Source: an uncultured Actinomycetota bacterium (GTDB lineage: Bacteria > Actinomycetota > Actinomycetes > CAVPEL01). From it: a DNA stretch of 64,000 bases. A program made the position numbers and the translations under genes. Within the stretch, counting starts at the first letter, position 1; each line of letters starts with the position of its first letter. Shown piece by piece: positions 43,661 through 53,243 of the stretch. The notes below the pieces were generated by a model. It was not told where the DNA came from. It did not search any database and saw only the letters and a list, made by a program, of their open reading frames with translations. The DNA lies in assembly GCA_963703505.1 (NCBI GenBank), contig CAVPEL010000001.1, positions 4,269-68,268 on the forward strand. The letters are read 5' to 3'.

Positions 43661-43850
43661 CGTGATCCTGCCCTCCGCGTGGGCTGCCATGCGGTCAAGC
43701 CTGAACCGAGATCTGGCGGCTGTCTAGGTCCTGGGCTCACTCACGTCCGCTGGTCTCTCGTTGTGGAGGGGTCAGTTGCGCGGCCTCGCAAGCGAGCCAA
43801 CAACACAGGCGTCGGACACGCCTCGTCGCTCGCGCGTACTTGGCGGTGAG

Positions 43851-44497
43851 TTAGGTGGTGGCGGCACCGCCGAGGGACGTGGTGGGGCTCGCAGGCGTGG
43901 AGGGTGACGACGGGTTTCGCGGGTGGGTGTTGAGCGCCCTGGGCGCACCGTCGCGAATCGACGTCGCGGTCAATGCTCCGTTGGCGGAGGTACCGGTGAG
44001 CCGAACGGTGTCGCCGTGCTTGAGGTCGGCGAAGGTCGCCCTCGATCCGTTCTTGATAATCCGCGTCGCAGCGGTGACGGTGTAGGTGCTGGTGAAGCCG
44101 TCCGTGCTCGTGACGGTGACCGTGGCAGTGGACCCGCTCGTGCCCGTCGACGTCACGGTGCCGTTCTGCAGGACGACCACCTCGGTCCCGCCAGCCTTCG
44201 TCCGCACGGTGATTTCGCCATGCAGATCCATGCCACCGAGGCGCCCGTCGGGGCCGCCCAGGGCCGGTCGCCGCCGTACCCACGCGGGCCGTTCGGGTGG
44301 GTGCCGGGGGACTGCTGGCCAGGCGTGGGCGGCGACGTCGACGCCGCAGTGGGTGAGTAGGTGAGCGGCGAGCCTGAGGGGAGGGCGTTTGCTGCACCCA
44401 GCTGGCTGAGAACCGTTCCCGCGATCACCCCGAGCCCCAGGACGCCGGCGGCTGCCCAGGTCGCTACCCGGGTGCGGTGGCCCATCGACAACGCCAT
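43851..44497 (-). pseudogene. secreted protein with an N-terminal signal peptide and a C-terminal beta-rich domain; one frame change near 44240
   Basis: The signal VATWAAAGVLGLGVIAGTVL is followed by a Pro/Ser-rich linker, then HGEITVRTKAGGTEVVVLQNGTVTS...TYTVTAATRIIKNG...GDTVRLTG. Confidence 0.5.
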
Positions 44498-44652
44498 CTC
44501 ATCTGCTCCTTCCGCGGGACAGCTTCACCTTGTGAGCACGTGCCGCGTCAGGCGCGTGATCGTCCTCGACACAGTAGAGACCCGTCCTGAGGATGGGCTG
44601 TGAGTTCGCGAGCGTGATGGCGCCTGCGGCGCTGTCCTGGCAAACTAGCGGT

Positions 44653-45006
44653 ATGGAACGTGTGCTTGGAATCGGTGGATACTTCATGCGGGCCGCTGAC
44701 CCGATGGCCCTGAGCGCGTGGTATCGCGACTGCCTAGGGCTTGACGCCGATGAGAACGGCCTGTGGCGTCAGGGAGCCGGACCGACGGTGTTTGCGACGT
44801 TCGAGTCCGAGACCGACTACTTCGGGTCCCGCGCCCAGCAATCCATGCTCAACTTCCGGGTCCGTGACCTGGATGCGATGCTCGCGCAATTGCGCGCCAA
44901 GGGAGCGGACGTGGCTGAAGAGACGCAGGACATGGAGGGTGTCGGTCGATTCGGCTGGGTCACCGATCCTGAGGGCAATCGGGTCGAGCTGTGGCAGCCC
45001 GCCTGA
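44653..45006 (+). CDS. VOC (glyoxalase/bleomycin-resistance/dioxygenase) family protein
   Basis: 117 aa. LNFRVRDLDAMLAQLRAKGADV...GRFGWVTDPEGNRVELWQP is typical of VOC C-terminal modules. Confidence 0.85.
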   Translation: MERVLGIGGYFMRAADPMALSAWYRDCLGLDADENGLWRQGAGPTVFATFESETDYFGSRAQQSMLNFRVRDLDAMLAQLRAKGADVAEETQDMEGVGRFGWVTDPEGNRVELWQPA

Positions 45007-45118
45007 GCGGAATATTTCGTCAATCGGGTCGTGCTCCTACGGGTTTGATCGTAGCCACCCGGACTTCGACGCAACCTGACGACGTGGGGAAGCGCGGTGA
45101 CCCGTCGATGGTTCGAGT

Positions 45119-45146
45119 ACTTGACATAATGTCCATTATCGGCACT
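45119..45146 (-). other. dif: dif-like XerC/XerD chromosome dimer resolution site
   Basis: The reverse complement reads AGTGCCGATAA-TGGACA-TTATGTCAAGT. E. coli dif is GGTGCGCATAA-TGTATA-TTATGTTAAAT. Identity is 21/28 (8/11 XerC arm, 4/6 spacer, 9/11 XerD arm). It lies in a low-GC intergenic region at the point where gene orientation flips. Confidence 0.75.
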
Positions 45147-45375
45147 TCGCGAATCACGGCCGGCAGGGTGACCGCCGCCTGATGTCGCCCCGCCCGACCG
45201 GTTTCACATCACCACTCCGGACGGCGGCGCTGATGCCTATGGCTCGACCGGGAACCGATTGACGGTCTGATGTTCAACCACTTGAGCGGCGATGGGCATC
45301 GCAGCGCAACGGAGGCGCGTCGCAGCAGGCCAGGCAGGAGCCGGCGTGGCACCATCACGCCGTGAGGCGCGTCCT

Positions 45376-45720
45376 ATGGCCATGAAGTGGCGCTGCGTGG
45401 TTGTGTGCCTGTTGACGGCCACCGTTGGGGTGTCGTCCTGCTTGCCAGCGAGGACGCCGAAGGGCACTCCGACACGCTTCGAGTACCAGCTCTACACGCA
45501 CTGCGGCATCAACGGGGCCAAGATCGGCGACCATTACTACGTCGCCGCGCACCCGCTCGGTGACGGCAACGGGAATCCGCCGCGGGGGTGGGGGAACCCC
45601 TACCAGCGAGGGACGATCACCCTGACGTCGTCGACGACAGCGGTGTTCACGGACTCCGTCGGCCACCGTGTTGAGTTCCGCCTTGACCCGGGTGGCTTCG
45701 CGGGACCGGGCTGCGACTAG
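45376..45720 (+). CDS. putative lipoprotein
   Basis: MAMKWRCVVVCLLTATVGVSSC is a signal with a lipobox-like VSSC. The mature part has no recognised domain. Confidence 0.6.
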   Translation: MAMKWRCVVVCLLTATVGVSSCLPARTPKGTPTRFEYQLYTHCGINGAKIGDHYYVAAHPLGDGNGNPPRGWGNPYQRGTITLTSSTTAVFTDSVGHRVEFRLDPGGFAGPGCD

Positions 45721-45793
45721 CACCCGCCGAGTCGAGTGCCTTGCCGGGCGCGATGGTGCTAGCCCCTCAGTTCATTTATAGCAGGGTTCAGCT

Positions 45794-45807
45794 GCGCTCA
45801 TGAGCGC
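45794..45807. promoter_or_regulatory. perfect 14-bp palindrome upstream of the HelD/HelR-like gene (candidate operator)
   Basis: GCGCTCATGAGCGC lies 47 nt upstream of GTG 45854. A second palindrome GATCTCAGATC lies at 45831-45841. Confidence 0.35.
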
Positions 45808-45853
45808 CGAAATCTGGGGGTAGGGTCGCGGATCTCAGATCGGAGCTGATGCC

Positions 45854-48018
45854 GTGAACCCCTTGCCGACCAGCGCGTTTGACCTTCCTGACCATCTCTC
45901 CCCCAAGGCTGACCCGGCGCTGATCGCCAGCGACGAGCAGCACTTCGCGGCCATCGCGCAGAGCCTCGAGCAGTCGATCGCCGCCCTGTCTGACCGCCTC
46001 GATGCCGAGCGCAAGGCGCCCGGCGGCATTGGCCAGGAGGCAATGGACCGGGACCTGGAGATCCACCGGCTGACCGCTCGCCTGCGCGCGCTGCGTCGCT
46101 TCGGGCTGGACCTGTGCCTCGGGCACATCATCAGCGCAGACAACCCGGAGCCCGTGTACATCGGACGACTCGGCCTCACCGACGGCGCGGGCCGCCGCCT
46201 GCTGGTCGACTGGCGCTCCCCCGCGGCCGAGCCGTTCTTCGGAGCCACCCACGCCAACCCGATGGGGCTGACGAGCCGGCGCAGGTACCGCTGGACCCGC
46301 GGCCGGATCAGCGACTACTGGGACGAGGTGTTCGCCTCGGACGGGTTCGAAGGCCGCGCCGCCCTCGACGACCAGTCCGCCTTCATCGCCAGCCTGGGCA
46401 CCAACCGGTCGGCTCGGATGCGAGACGTCCTCGGCACCATCCAGGCCGACCAGGACGCCATCATCCGCGCGGGATCCCACGGCGCTCTCGTCGTCGACGG
46501 CGGTCCGGGTACCGGGAAGACCGTCGTCGCTCTGCACCGCGCCGCCTACCTCCTCTACTCCGACCCTCGCCTAGGTCACCACCGCGGCGGCGTGCTGTTC
46601 GTCGGTCCGCACCAGCCGTACCTGGCCTACGTCGACGACGTCCTTCCCAGCCTGGGCGAGGAGGGCGTCCAGACCTGCACCTTGCGGGACCTCGTCGCCG
46701 AAGGAGCCGCAGCGGCGATCGAGACCGACCCGAACGTGGCCCGGCTGAAGTCGTCCGCGAACCTGGTGAAGGCGATCGAGACGGCCGTCAGGTTCTACGA
46801 GGAGCCACCCACCAAGGGGATGTCGGTCGACGACCGACTGGTCCGAATGCTGGCTGAGCGAACACGATTGGGCCGAAGCGTTCGATGCACCAGAACCCGG
46901 CACTTCGCACAACGAGGCGCGCGACGTCGTCTGGGAGGAGCTGCTCGCGATCCTGATGGACAAGCACGACGGCGATGTTCCGGCCGACGTGCTGCGGAAG
47001 TCGCTGGCGCAGGACGAGGAGCTGCGCACCACGTTCAACAGGGCGTGGCCGCTGCTCGAGGCGGCTGACCTCGTCGTCAGACCTGTGGTCGGTACGCGCC
47101 TACCTCCGGAGGTGTGCTCCCTGGCTCAGCCCCGACGACGTCTCTGCGCTGCAGCGCGAGGACGCCCACGCCTGGACCGTGTCCGACCTGCCGCTCCTGG
47201 ACGCGGCCCGGCAGCGGCTCGGCGACCCGGAGGCGTCACGGCGCAAGCGCCGGCATGACGCCTCTGTCGCCGCCGAACGCGAGCACATGGCCAACGTCAT
47301 CGACGACCTGCTCGCGGCCGATGACGACGGCGAAGGCGTGGTGACGATGCTGGGCAAGCAGGACCTGCGGGACAGCCTGGTCGACAAGATGGCGCTCCCC
47401 AGCGCCGACCCGGACCTGCTCGCCGGACCGTTCGCGCACGTCGTCGTGGACGAGGCGCAGGAGCTGACCGACGCAGAGTGGCAGATGCTGCTGCTGCGCT
47501 GCCCGTCCCGCAGCTTCACCATCGTCGGGGACCGCGCCCAGGCCCGGCACGGGTTCACGGAGTCGTGGCAGGAACGGCTCGAGCGGGTCGGGCTCGACCG
47601 GATCAACCTGGCTTCGCTGAGCATCAACTACCGGACGCCGGAAGAGGTCATGGCGGAAGCCGAGCCGGTCATCCGGGCCGTGCTCCCGGACGCCAACGTG
47701 CCGACCTCCATCCGCAGCAGCGACGTCCCCGTCGTCCACGGATCTGCTTCGGATCTGGGCTCGATCCTCGACACCTGGCTCGCCGCGCATGCCGAGGGGA
47801 TCGCCTGTGTCATCGGCAACCATGACATCGAAGGCGGCACGTTCGCCGCGACCTCCCGCGTCCGGTCGCTGACTCCGGAGCTGTCGAAGGGGCTCGAGTT
47901 CGACCTCGTCGTCCTCATCGACCCAGAAGCGTTCGGCACGGGCATCGAAGGAGCGGTCGACCGCTACGTCGCGATGACCCGAGCGACCCAGCAGCTCGTC
48001 ATCCTCACGAGCGGCTGA
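45854..48018 (+). pseudogene. HelD-family UvrD-like ATPase (HelR-like RNA polymerase-associated helicase-like protein); two frame changes
   Basis: N-terminal coiled-coil region, YIGRLGL...LVDWRSPAAEPFF, Walker A VVDGGPGTGKTVVALHRAAYLLY, HVVVDEAQELT, IVGDRAQA, SINYRTPEEV and YVAMTRATQQLVIL. The frame changes near 46830 and 47075. Confidence 0.85.
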
Positions 48019-48373
48019 GTCGGCCGCGGACGACGTGTCGAGCCGGACGCCGCGGTCAGGCGCTTCGCTCCGCACCGTGGTCACCGCTGATGGTCGGACC
48101 TGCTGTCGTCGGCACGAGGAACGGACCAGGACGCCGGCGTCATCCGCGGGGTCTCGCGAGTCAGCGCAGGCACCGAGCGGGATGGCTGCCACGATGACGA
48201 GCGCCTGCGCGGCCCAGACGCGACTCGCCGATCGCGGATGTCGGGCAGGAGCGACCCGAGGCGGCCGTGGGAGACCTTGCGCGGCCGGCTAGCCCGTGAC
48301 GAGTCTGAACTAGGCCGATGTGCGGCGTATCCACAGGGGCGGCCAGAACCTTGTGTTGTCACAGCCACCCACT

Positions 48374-49781
48374 ATGATCGAACACATGTTCGACACACGG
48401 GGTGGTAGCGACGGGCCGCTGAGCGCTGCCGCACTCGCCGCGCTGGTCGACGCGCCTGTCCCAGACCAGGCCCGGGATCGACGACGCCGAGCGCATCGAC
48501 CGGATCCGCGCGCTGGAAGAGCTCAAGGCCGCCGCGGCAGCGGCGCAGGCCCGGGAGGTCGCCGCGTTCGCGGCCTCGCAGGAGGCCAGCCAACGCGCCC
48601 GCGGCGTGCACGCCGACGATGTCGGTCGCGGGATCGCCGCCCAGGTAGGGCTGGCCATGCGCGCCTCGCACCACGCGGCCCGCCGGTTCGCCGGCTACGC
48701 CCGCGTGCTGGTCGCCGAGCTCCCGCACACCCAGCGCCGCGTTGGCGCGGCGGCGCGACCACCGAGCGGCGCGCATTCCTGGTCGCCCAGCACACGATCT
48801 GGTTGTCCGCCGCAGGACCGGGCGGCCGTGGACGCCCACATCGGGCCGCGCCTGGAGGCACTGGGCGACCGGCAGGTCGAGGCCAAGGTGAAGGAAGCTC
48901 GCCTACCAGCTCGACAAGGCCGGCTACGTCGACCGGCAGCGTCGCGCGGAAAGCGGCAGGTGCGTGAGCGTGCGCCCCGCCCCGGACACCATGGCCTACC
49001 TGACCGCGCTGCTGCCGGTCGCCTCCGCGGTCGCCTGCCAGGTCCGGCTCGCCGCCGCCGCCGACACCCTCAAAGCGGTCGGCGACGCCCGCTCCCGCGG
49101 GCAGCTCATGGCCGACCTCCTCGTCGATGCCGTCACCGGCCGACGCGACCCCAGCTCCGACATCCGCCCACGCGACAACCGCGACGCAGTGAACCCCGCG
49201 ACGTGGACCTCGACCGGTTCGTCGGGCTGCCCGCCGGGGTCGGGGTGGAGATCAAGCTGGTCATGACCGACCTCGCGCTCTTCGGCGGCGGTGACGAACC
49301 CGCCCACCTGGACGGCTACGGGCCGGTCCCCGCCATCTGGGTACGCGACCTGCTGCGCCACCGCGACGACTCCGCCCGGGTGTGGCTTCGCCGGCTGTTC
49401 ACCGCTGCGGACACCGGCGCCCTCGCCGGCATCGAGACCCACCGGCGGGAGTTCACCGGCGCGCTGCGCGAGCTGATCATCACCCGCGACCAGTTCTGCC
49501 GACAACCCTGGTGCGGCGCACCCATCCGCCACGTCGACCACGCCCGAGCCCACGCCGACGGCGGCGCCACCAGCCTGACCAACGGCCAAGGGCTGTGCGA
49601 AGCCTGCAACTACGCCAAACAGGCCCCCGGCTGGCAAGCCCAGCCCGGAACAGATCCCGGCGACCCGCACGTCGTGCACATCACCACGCCCACCGGGCAC
49701 CACTACACCAGCCGAGCACCCGACCCACCCGGCCGCACCCCACACTTCACCCACGCCCGTCCACTCGCCCGTTCGGCCTAA
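48374..49781 (+). pseudogene. DUF222 + HNH endonuclease protein (REP13E12-like family); about 5 frame changes
   Basis: IDRIRALEELKAAAAAAQAREVAAF, LEALGDRQVE, RPAPDTMAYLTALLP, and the HNH region FCRQPWCGAPIRHVDHARAHADGGATSLTNGQGLCEACNYAK. The frame changes near 48472, 48745, 48810, 48895 and 49190. Confidence 0.85.
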
Positions 49782-49956
49782 CGCCGACCCGCGCGCGCGT
49801 CAGTAGCCACGTTCGAGTGCTCGCCGTCATGGGACGGCGACAGTCGCGCGACTGACGATCCGGCGGTGCCATGGCGATCATCCCGACTGCGGCATCGACC
49901 GTGTCGCGGCCCTGCCGTCTAGGTCACGGCACCAGGGCCAGCCCTATCCTCGACAC

Positions 49957-50757
49957 GTGACTCTCTCCGATCCGGAGCTGGCTCTTGCCGCAGCGGCCGC
50001 AGGCGCGGCCGTCGTGCGAGCCAAGTACGGCGGTCCGCTGGCCCGAGTCGACAAATCCCGTACCGACTTCGCCACGGACGCCGACCTCGGCGCCGAGAGG
50101 GCGATCTTGAGTGTGCTGCGCGCCGCGAGGCCGGATGACGCCTTTGTGGGCGAAGAGACTGGGCACCATGGTCCCGTATCGGTCAGTCGTACCTGGCTCG
50201 TCGATCCGCTGTGCGGAACCCTGAACTATGCCGCGCAGACAGCCTTGGTGGCGGTGAACGTGGCCCTGCGAACTGGCGACGACATCGAGGTAGCGGTGTC
50301 AGCGGACCCGATAGCCGCTGAACTCTTCTGGACCGACGGACGCAGCGCCAACCTGCGTCGCGGTGGCATCGATGAGCGTCTTGTTCCGTCAGCCGCGTCC
50401 CATCTGGTGGACGTCAACCTCGATGCGCCGTACCCGAATGCGGCCAGCTTTCGGGCGGTCCAGATGTTGGCCGACCCCGCATTTTCTGCCTCGTTCCGCC
50501 CCCGGGTGCTGTCGACCACCCTGGCCCTCGCGTGGGTCGCGGCCGGCCGCCGCGCGGCGTACGTCACGGACGGGCACCTGCGCGACAGTGTGCACTTCTC
50601 GAGTGGCATCGCGCTGTGCCAAGCCGCTGGCTGCGTGGTCAGCGGAATCCGCGGACAACCGTTGCACACCGGAGTCGGTGGCCTCATCGCGGCGGCAGAT
50701 GAGCAGACCCACTCAGCCTTGGTCGCCATCATTGACCAGCTCTGGCAGCCCGCCTGA
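49957..50757 (+). CDS. inositol monophosphatase-family protein
   Basis: DFATDADLGAERAI, FVGEETG and WLVDPLCGTLNY (the canonical DPIDGT reads DPLCGT here). Intact, 266 aa. Confidence 0.8.
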   Translation: MTLSDPELALAAAAAGAAVVRAKYGGPLARVDKSRTDFATDADLGAERAILSVLRAARPDDAFVGEETGHHGPVSVSRTWLVDPLCGTLNYAAQTALVAVNVALRTGDDIEVAVSADPIAAELFWTDGRSANLRRGGIDERLVPSAASHLVDVNLDAPYPNAASFRAVQMLADPAFSASFRPRVLSTTLALAWVAAGRRAAYVTDGHLRDSVHFSSGIALCQAAGCVVSGIRGQPLHTGVGGLIAAADEQTHSALVAIIDQLWQPA

Positions 50758-50802
50758 TCGTGGCCCCGCTCCCCCGGTGGGCCGGCCGGGGCGTCAATGA
50801 CG

Positions 50803-51228
50803 TCAGCTCACCGGTCGCGCGAGGGACGAGGCAAGCGCGTCGAGTGCTTCGCCGATGACGCGGTAGTACGCCCACCTGCCGCGCTGCTCCCGAGCCAGCA
50901 GCCCGGCGTCGACGAGCACCTTGAGGTGGTGCGACACGGTCGGCTGGCTCAGCCCGACGGGGTCGGTGAGCTCGCAGACGCAGGCTTCGGCGCCATCGTG
51001 CGCCGCGACCAGGGACAGCAGTCGCAGCCGGGTCGGGTCGGCGACGGCCTTGAGGACCTGGGCAAGGCGTTCGGCGTCACCGGCGGTGAGCGGGGCCGCG
51101 GTCAGCGGGCTGCAGCAGGCCGCGACGTCGAGTGCGGGGTTACCGGTCAGCGTCTCCGAAACGTTCACCAGGACAGCGTGCCACACATATTGACAACTGT
51201 CGATGTGATGGTCCACGGTTGTCATATA
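50803..51228 (-). CDS. arsR: ArsR/SmtB-family metalloregulator
   Basis: LKAVADPTRLRLLSLV, metal site EACVCELTD, HTH LSQPTVSHHLKVLVDAGL and an N-terminal CC pair. An alternative GTG start at 51171 would free the inverted repeat TGACAAC(51191-51197)/GTTGTCA(51219-51225) as an operator. Confidence 0.88.
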   Translation of the reverse strand, partial: YMTTVDHHIDSCQYVWHAVLVNVSETLTGNPALDVAACCSPLTAAPLTAGDAERLAQVLKAVADPTRLRLLSLVAAHDGAEACVCELTDPVGLSQPTVSHHLKVLVDAGLLAREQRGRWAYYRVIGEALDALASSLARPVS

Positions 51229-51246
51229 GGTGATGGTCGATGAGAG

Positions 51247-52035
51247 GTGATTGCGGTGAGTCGTGCAGGCGAGGACCTCAAAGAGCAGGTGCGGGAGCGG
51301 TACGCCCGGGCCGCGGTGGCGGTCAGTGAGGGCCAGACTGCGGGCTGCGGAGACTCGTGTTGTTCTCCGGCGTCTGACGTGATCGAGGTCGGTGAAGGCT
51401 TCGGATCCGGCTTGTACAGCGACGCCGAGCACGGCGAGCTGCCTGCGGAGGCAGTGCTGGCGAGCCTGGGCTGCGGCAACCCGATCGCTGTTGCCGATCT
51501 GCACGACGGCGAACGGGTCCTCGACCTGGGCTCTGGCGGCGGTATCGACGTGCTGCTGTCGGCGCGACGGGTCGGTCCGACCGGGCGGGTGTTCGGGCTG
51601 GACATGACCGAGGAGATGTTGGCGCTGGCCCGGGCGAACGCCGCCAAAGCCGAGGCGACCAATGTCGAGTTCCTCAAGGGCACCATCGAAGCCATCCCCC
51701 TGCCCGCCGCCTCGATCGACGTGGTGATCTCCAACTGCGTGATCAACCTGTCGACCGACAAGCCCGCGGTGCTCGCGGAGATGTTCCGGGTGCTCGCTCC
51801 CGGTGGCAGGATCGGGATCTCTGACGTGGTCGCTGAGGATCACCTCGCCCCGGCGGACCGCGCCGAACGCGGCAGCTACGTCGGTTGCATCGCCGGCGCG
51901 CTGAGCCGTGCCGAATACCTCGACGGCCTCGCCGGAGTCGGGTTCACCGACGCGACGGTGGAGTTCACCCACGAGGCGGCACCAGCCATGCACGGCGCGA
52001 TCATCCGCGCGACCAAGCCACCTTCGGCATCGTGA
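51247..52035 (+). CDS. arsM: arsenite S-adenosylmethionine methyltransferase
   Basis: Conserved Cys positions (GCGDSCCSP, LGCGNP, SNCVINL, VGCIAG) and SAM motif VLDLGSGGGID. Divergent from arsR. Confidence 0.85.
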   Translation: MIAVSRAGEDLKEQVRERYARAAVAVSEGQTAGCGDSCCSPASDVIEVGEGFGSGLYSDAEHGELPAEAVLASLGCGNPIAVADLHDGERVLDLGSGGGIDVLLSARRVGPTGRVFGLDMTEEMLALARANAAKAEATNVEFLKGTIEAIPLPAASIDVVISNCVINLSTDKPAVLAEMFRVLAPGGRIGISDVVAEDHLAPADRAERGSYVGCIAGALSRAEYLDGLAGVGFTDATVEFTHEAAPAMHGAIIRATKPPSAS

Positions 52036-52836
52036 CGCGGTTGTCGCTCCCCCGCCGGGCCCTGGGCGAAGCGGTCGGCACCGCCTTCTTGGTGGCCGCG
52101 GTCATCGGCTCCGGCATAGCCGCGGTCCGCCTGTCCCCCGGCAATGTCGGGCTGCAGCTGCTGGTGAACAGCCTGATCACGGGCGCCGCGCTGGTCGCGC
52201 TGATCCTCGCGTTGCAGCCGGTGTCCGCGGCATTCAACCCGGTCGTCACCCTTACCGAGCTCGCTCTCGGCGCGGTGCGCTGGGCTGAGGCCGTCGCGTT
52301 GATCGCCGCCCAGCTGGTCGGGGGGCTCGTCGGCGCTGTTGGTCGCGAACCTGATGTTCGACCGGTCGGCGATCACGGTCGCCAGCCACCTTCGAAGCGG
52401 CGGCGGGCTGTGGCTCGGCGAGGTGGTGGCAACCCTTGGCTTGTTGCTCGTCATCTTCGGCACCGTTCGGTCCGGGCGGGTCGACCGGGTCGCCTACGCC
52501 GTCGGCGCGTACATCACCGCCGCCTACTGGTTCACCAGCTCCACCAGCTTCGCCAACCCGGCTGTCACCGTTGCCCGCATGTTCTCGGACACCTTCGCCG
52601 GCATCGACCCGAGGTCCGTACCGATGTTCGTACTGATGCAGCTGGTCGGTGGCGTGCTCGGCTACGGGTTGATCCGCCTGCTCTACCCCGACGCGTCGGT
52701 GTTGGCCGCCGACGTCGTTGACCCGCATCACGCGACCCCACCGACCAGACCCACACGATCGCGAACGAGCGATGGCCCCAACGGCCGACTCGGTCCTGTC
52801 CCCCGCCACCTCGAGCAAAGGCGACCCCGTGCCTGA
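52032..52836 (+). pseudogene. MIP-family channel (AqpS/aquaglyceroporin-like, probable arsenite channel); frame change near 52335, 3' end uncertain
   Basis: GTGA overlap with arsM. LGEAVGTAFLVAAVIGSG, first box FNPVVT, second box FANPAVT. The tail overlaps the arsC frame. Confidence 0.8.
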
Positions 52837-53239
52837 CAAGCCGTCCGTGCTGTTCGTGTGCGTCCACAACGCCGGCCGATCCCAGATCGCTGCTGGCTGG
52901 CTCGCCCACCTGGCCGCTGGCGGCATCGAGGTCCGCTCGGCGGGATCGATGCCTGCCGACACGATCAACCCGGTTGCGGTCGCGGCCATGAACGAAGTCG
53001 GCATCGACATCAGCGACCAGCACCCGAAGATCATGACCGTCGACGCCGTCCGTGACAGCGACGTCGTGATCACCATGGGCTGCGGTGACACGTGCCCGAT
53101 CTTTCCCGGCAAGCGTTACGAGGATTGGGACCTCCCCGACCCCGCCGGGCTGGGAATCGAAGCGGTGCGCCCGATCCGCGATGCCATCCGGGACCGCGTC
53201 CGCACCCTGGTCGCCGAGTTGCTCGGTGCTTCTCGCTGA
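52772..53239 (+). CDS. arsC: arsenate reductase, low-molecular-weight phosphatase type
   Basis: SVLFVCVHNAGRSQ (CX5R P-loop) and ITMGCGDTCP. The start is uncertain, and the gene could be fused to the upstream MIP if an indel lies near 52730. Confidence 0.85.
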   Translation: MAPTADSVLSPATSSKGDPVPDKPSVLFVCVHNAGRSQIAAGWLAHLAAGGIEVRSAGSMPADTINPVAVAAMNEVGIDISDQHPKIMTVDAVRDSDVVITMGCGDTCPIFPGKRYEDWDLPDPAGLGIEAVRPIRDAIRDRVRTLVAELLGASR

Positions 53240-53243
53240 CCGT

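Noticed and set aside
48056-48260. Small minus-strand lipoprotein-like ORF (…VWAAQALVIVAAIPLGAC|ADSRDP…) between the HelD-like and HNH genes
   Set aside because: It has a good lipobox, but there is no in-frame start codon upstream of the signal peptide, and the mature part needs at least one extra frame change. It may be a remnant or an error-damaged gene and cannot be supported as a feature.
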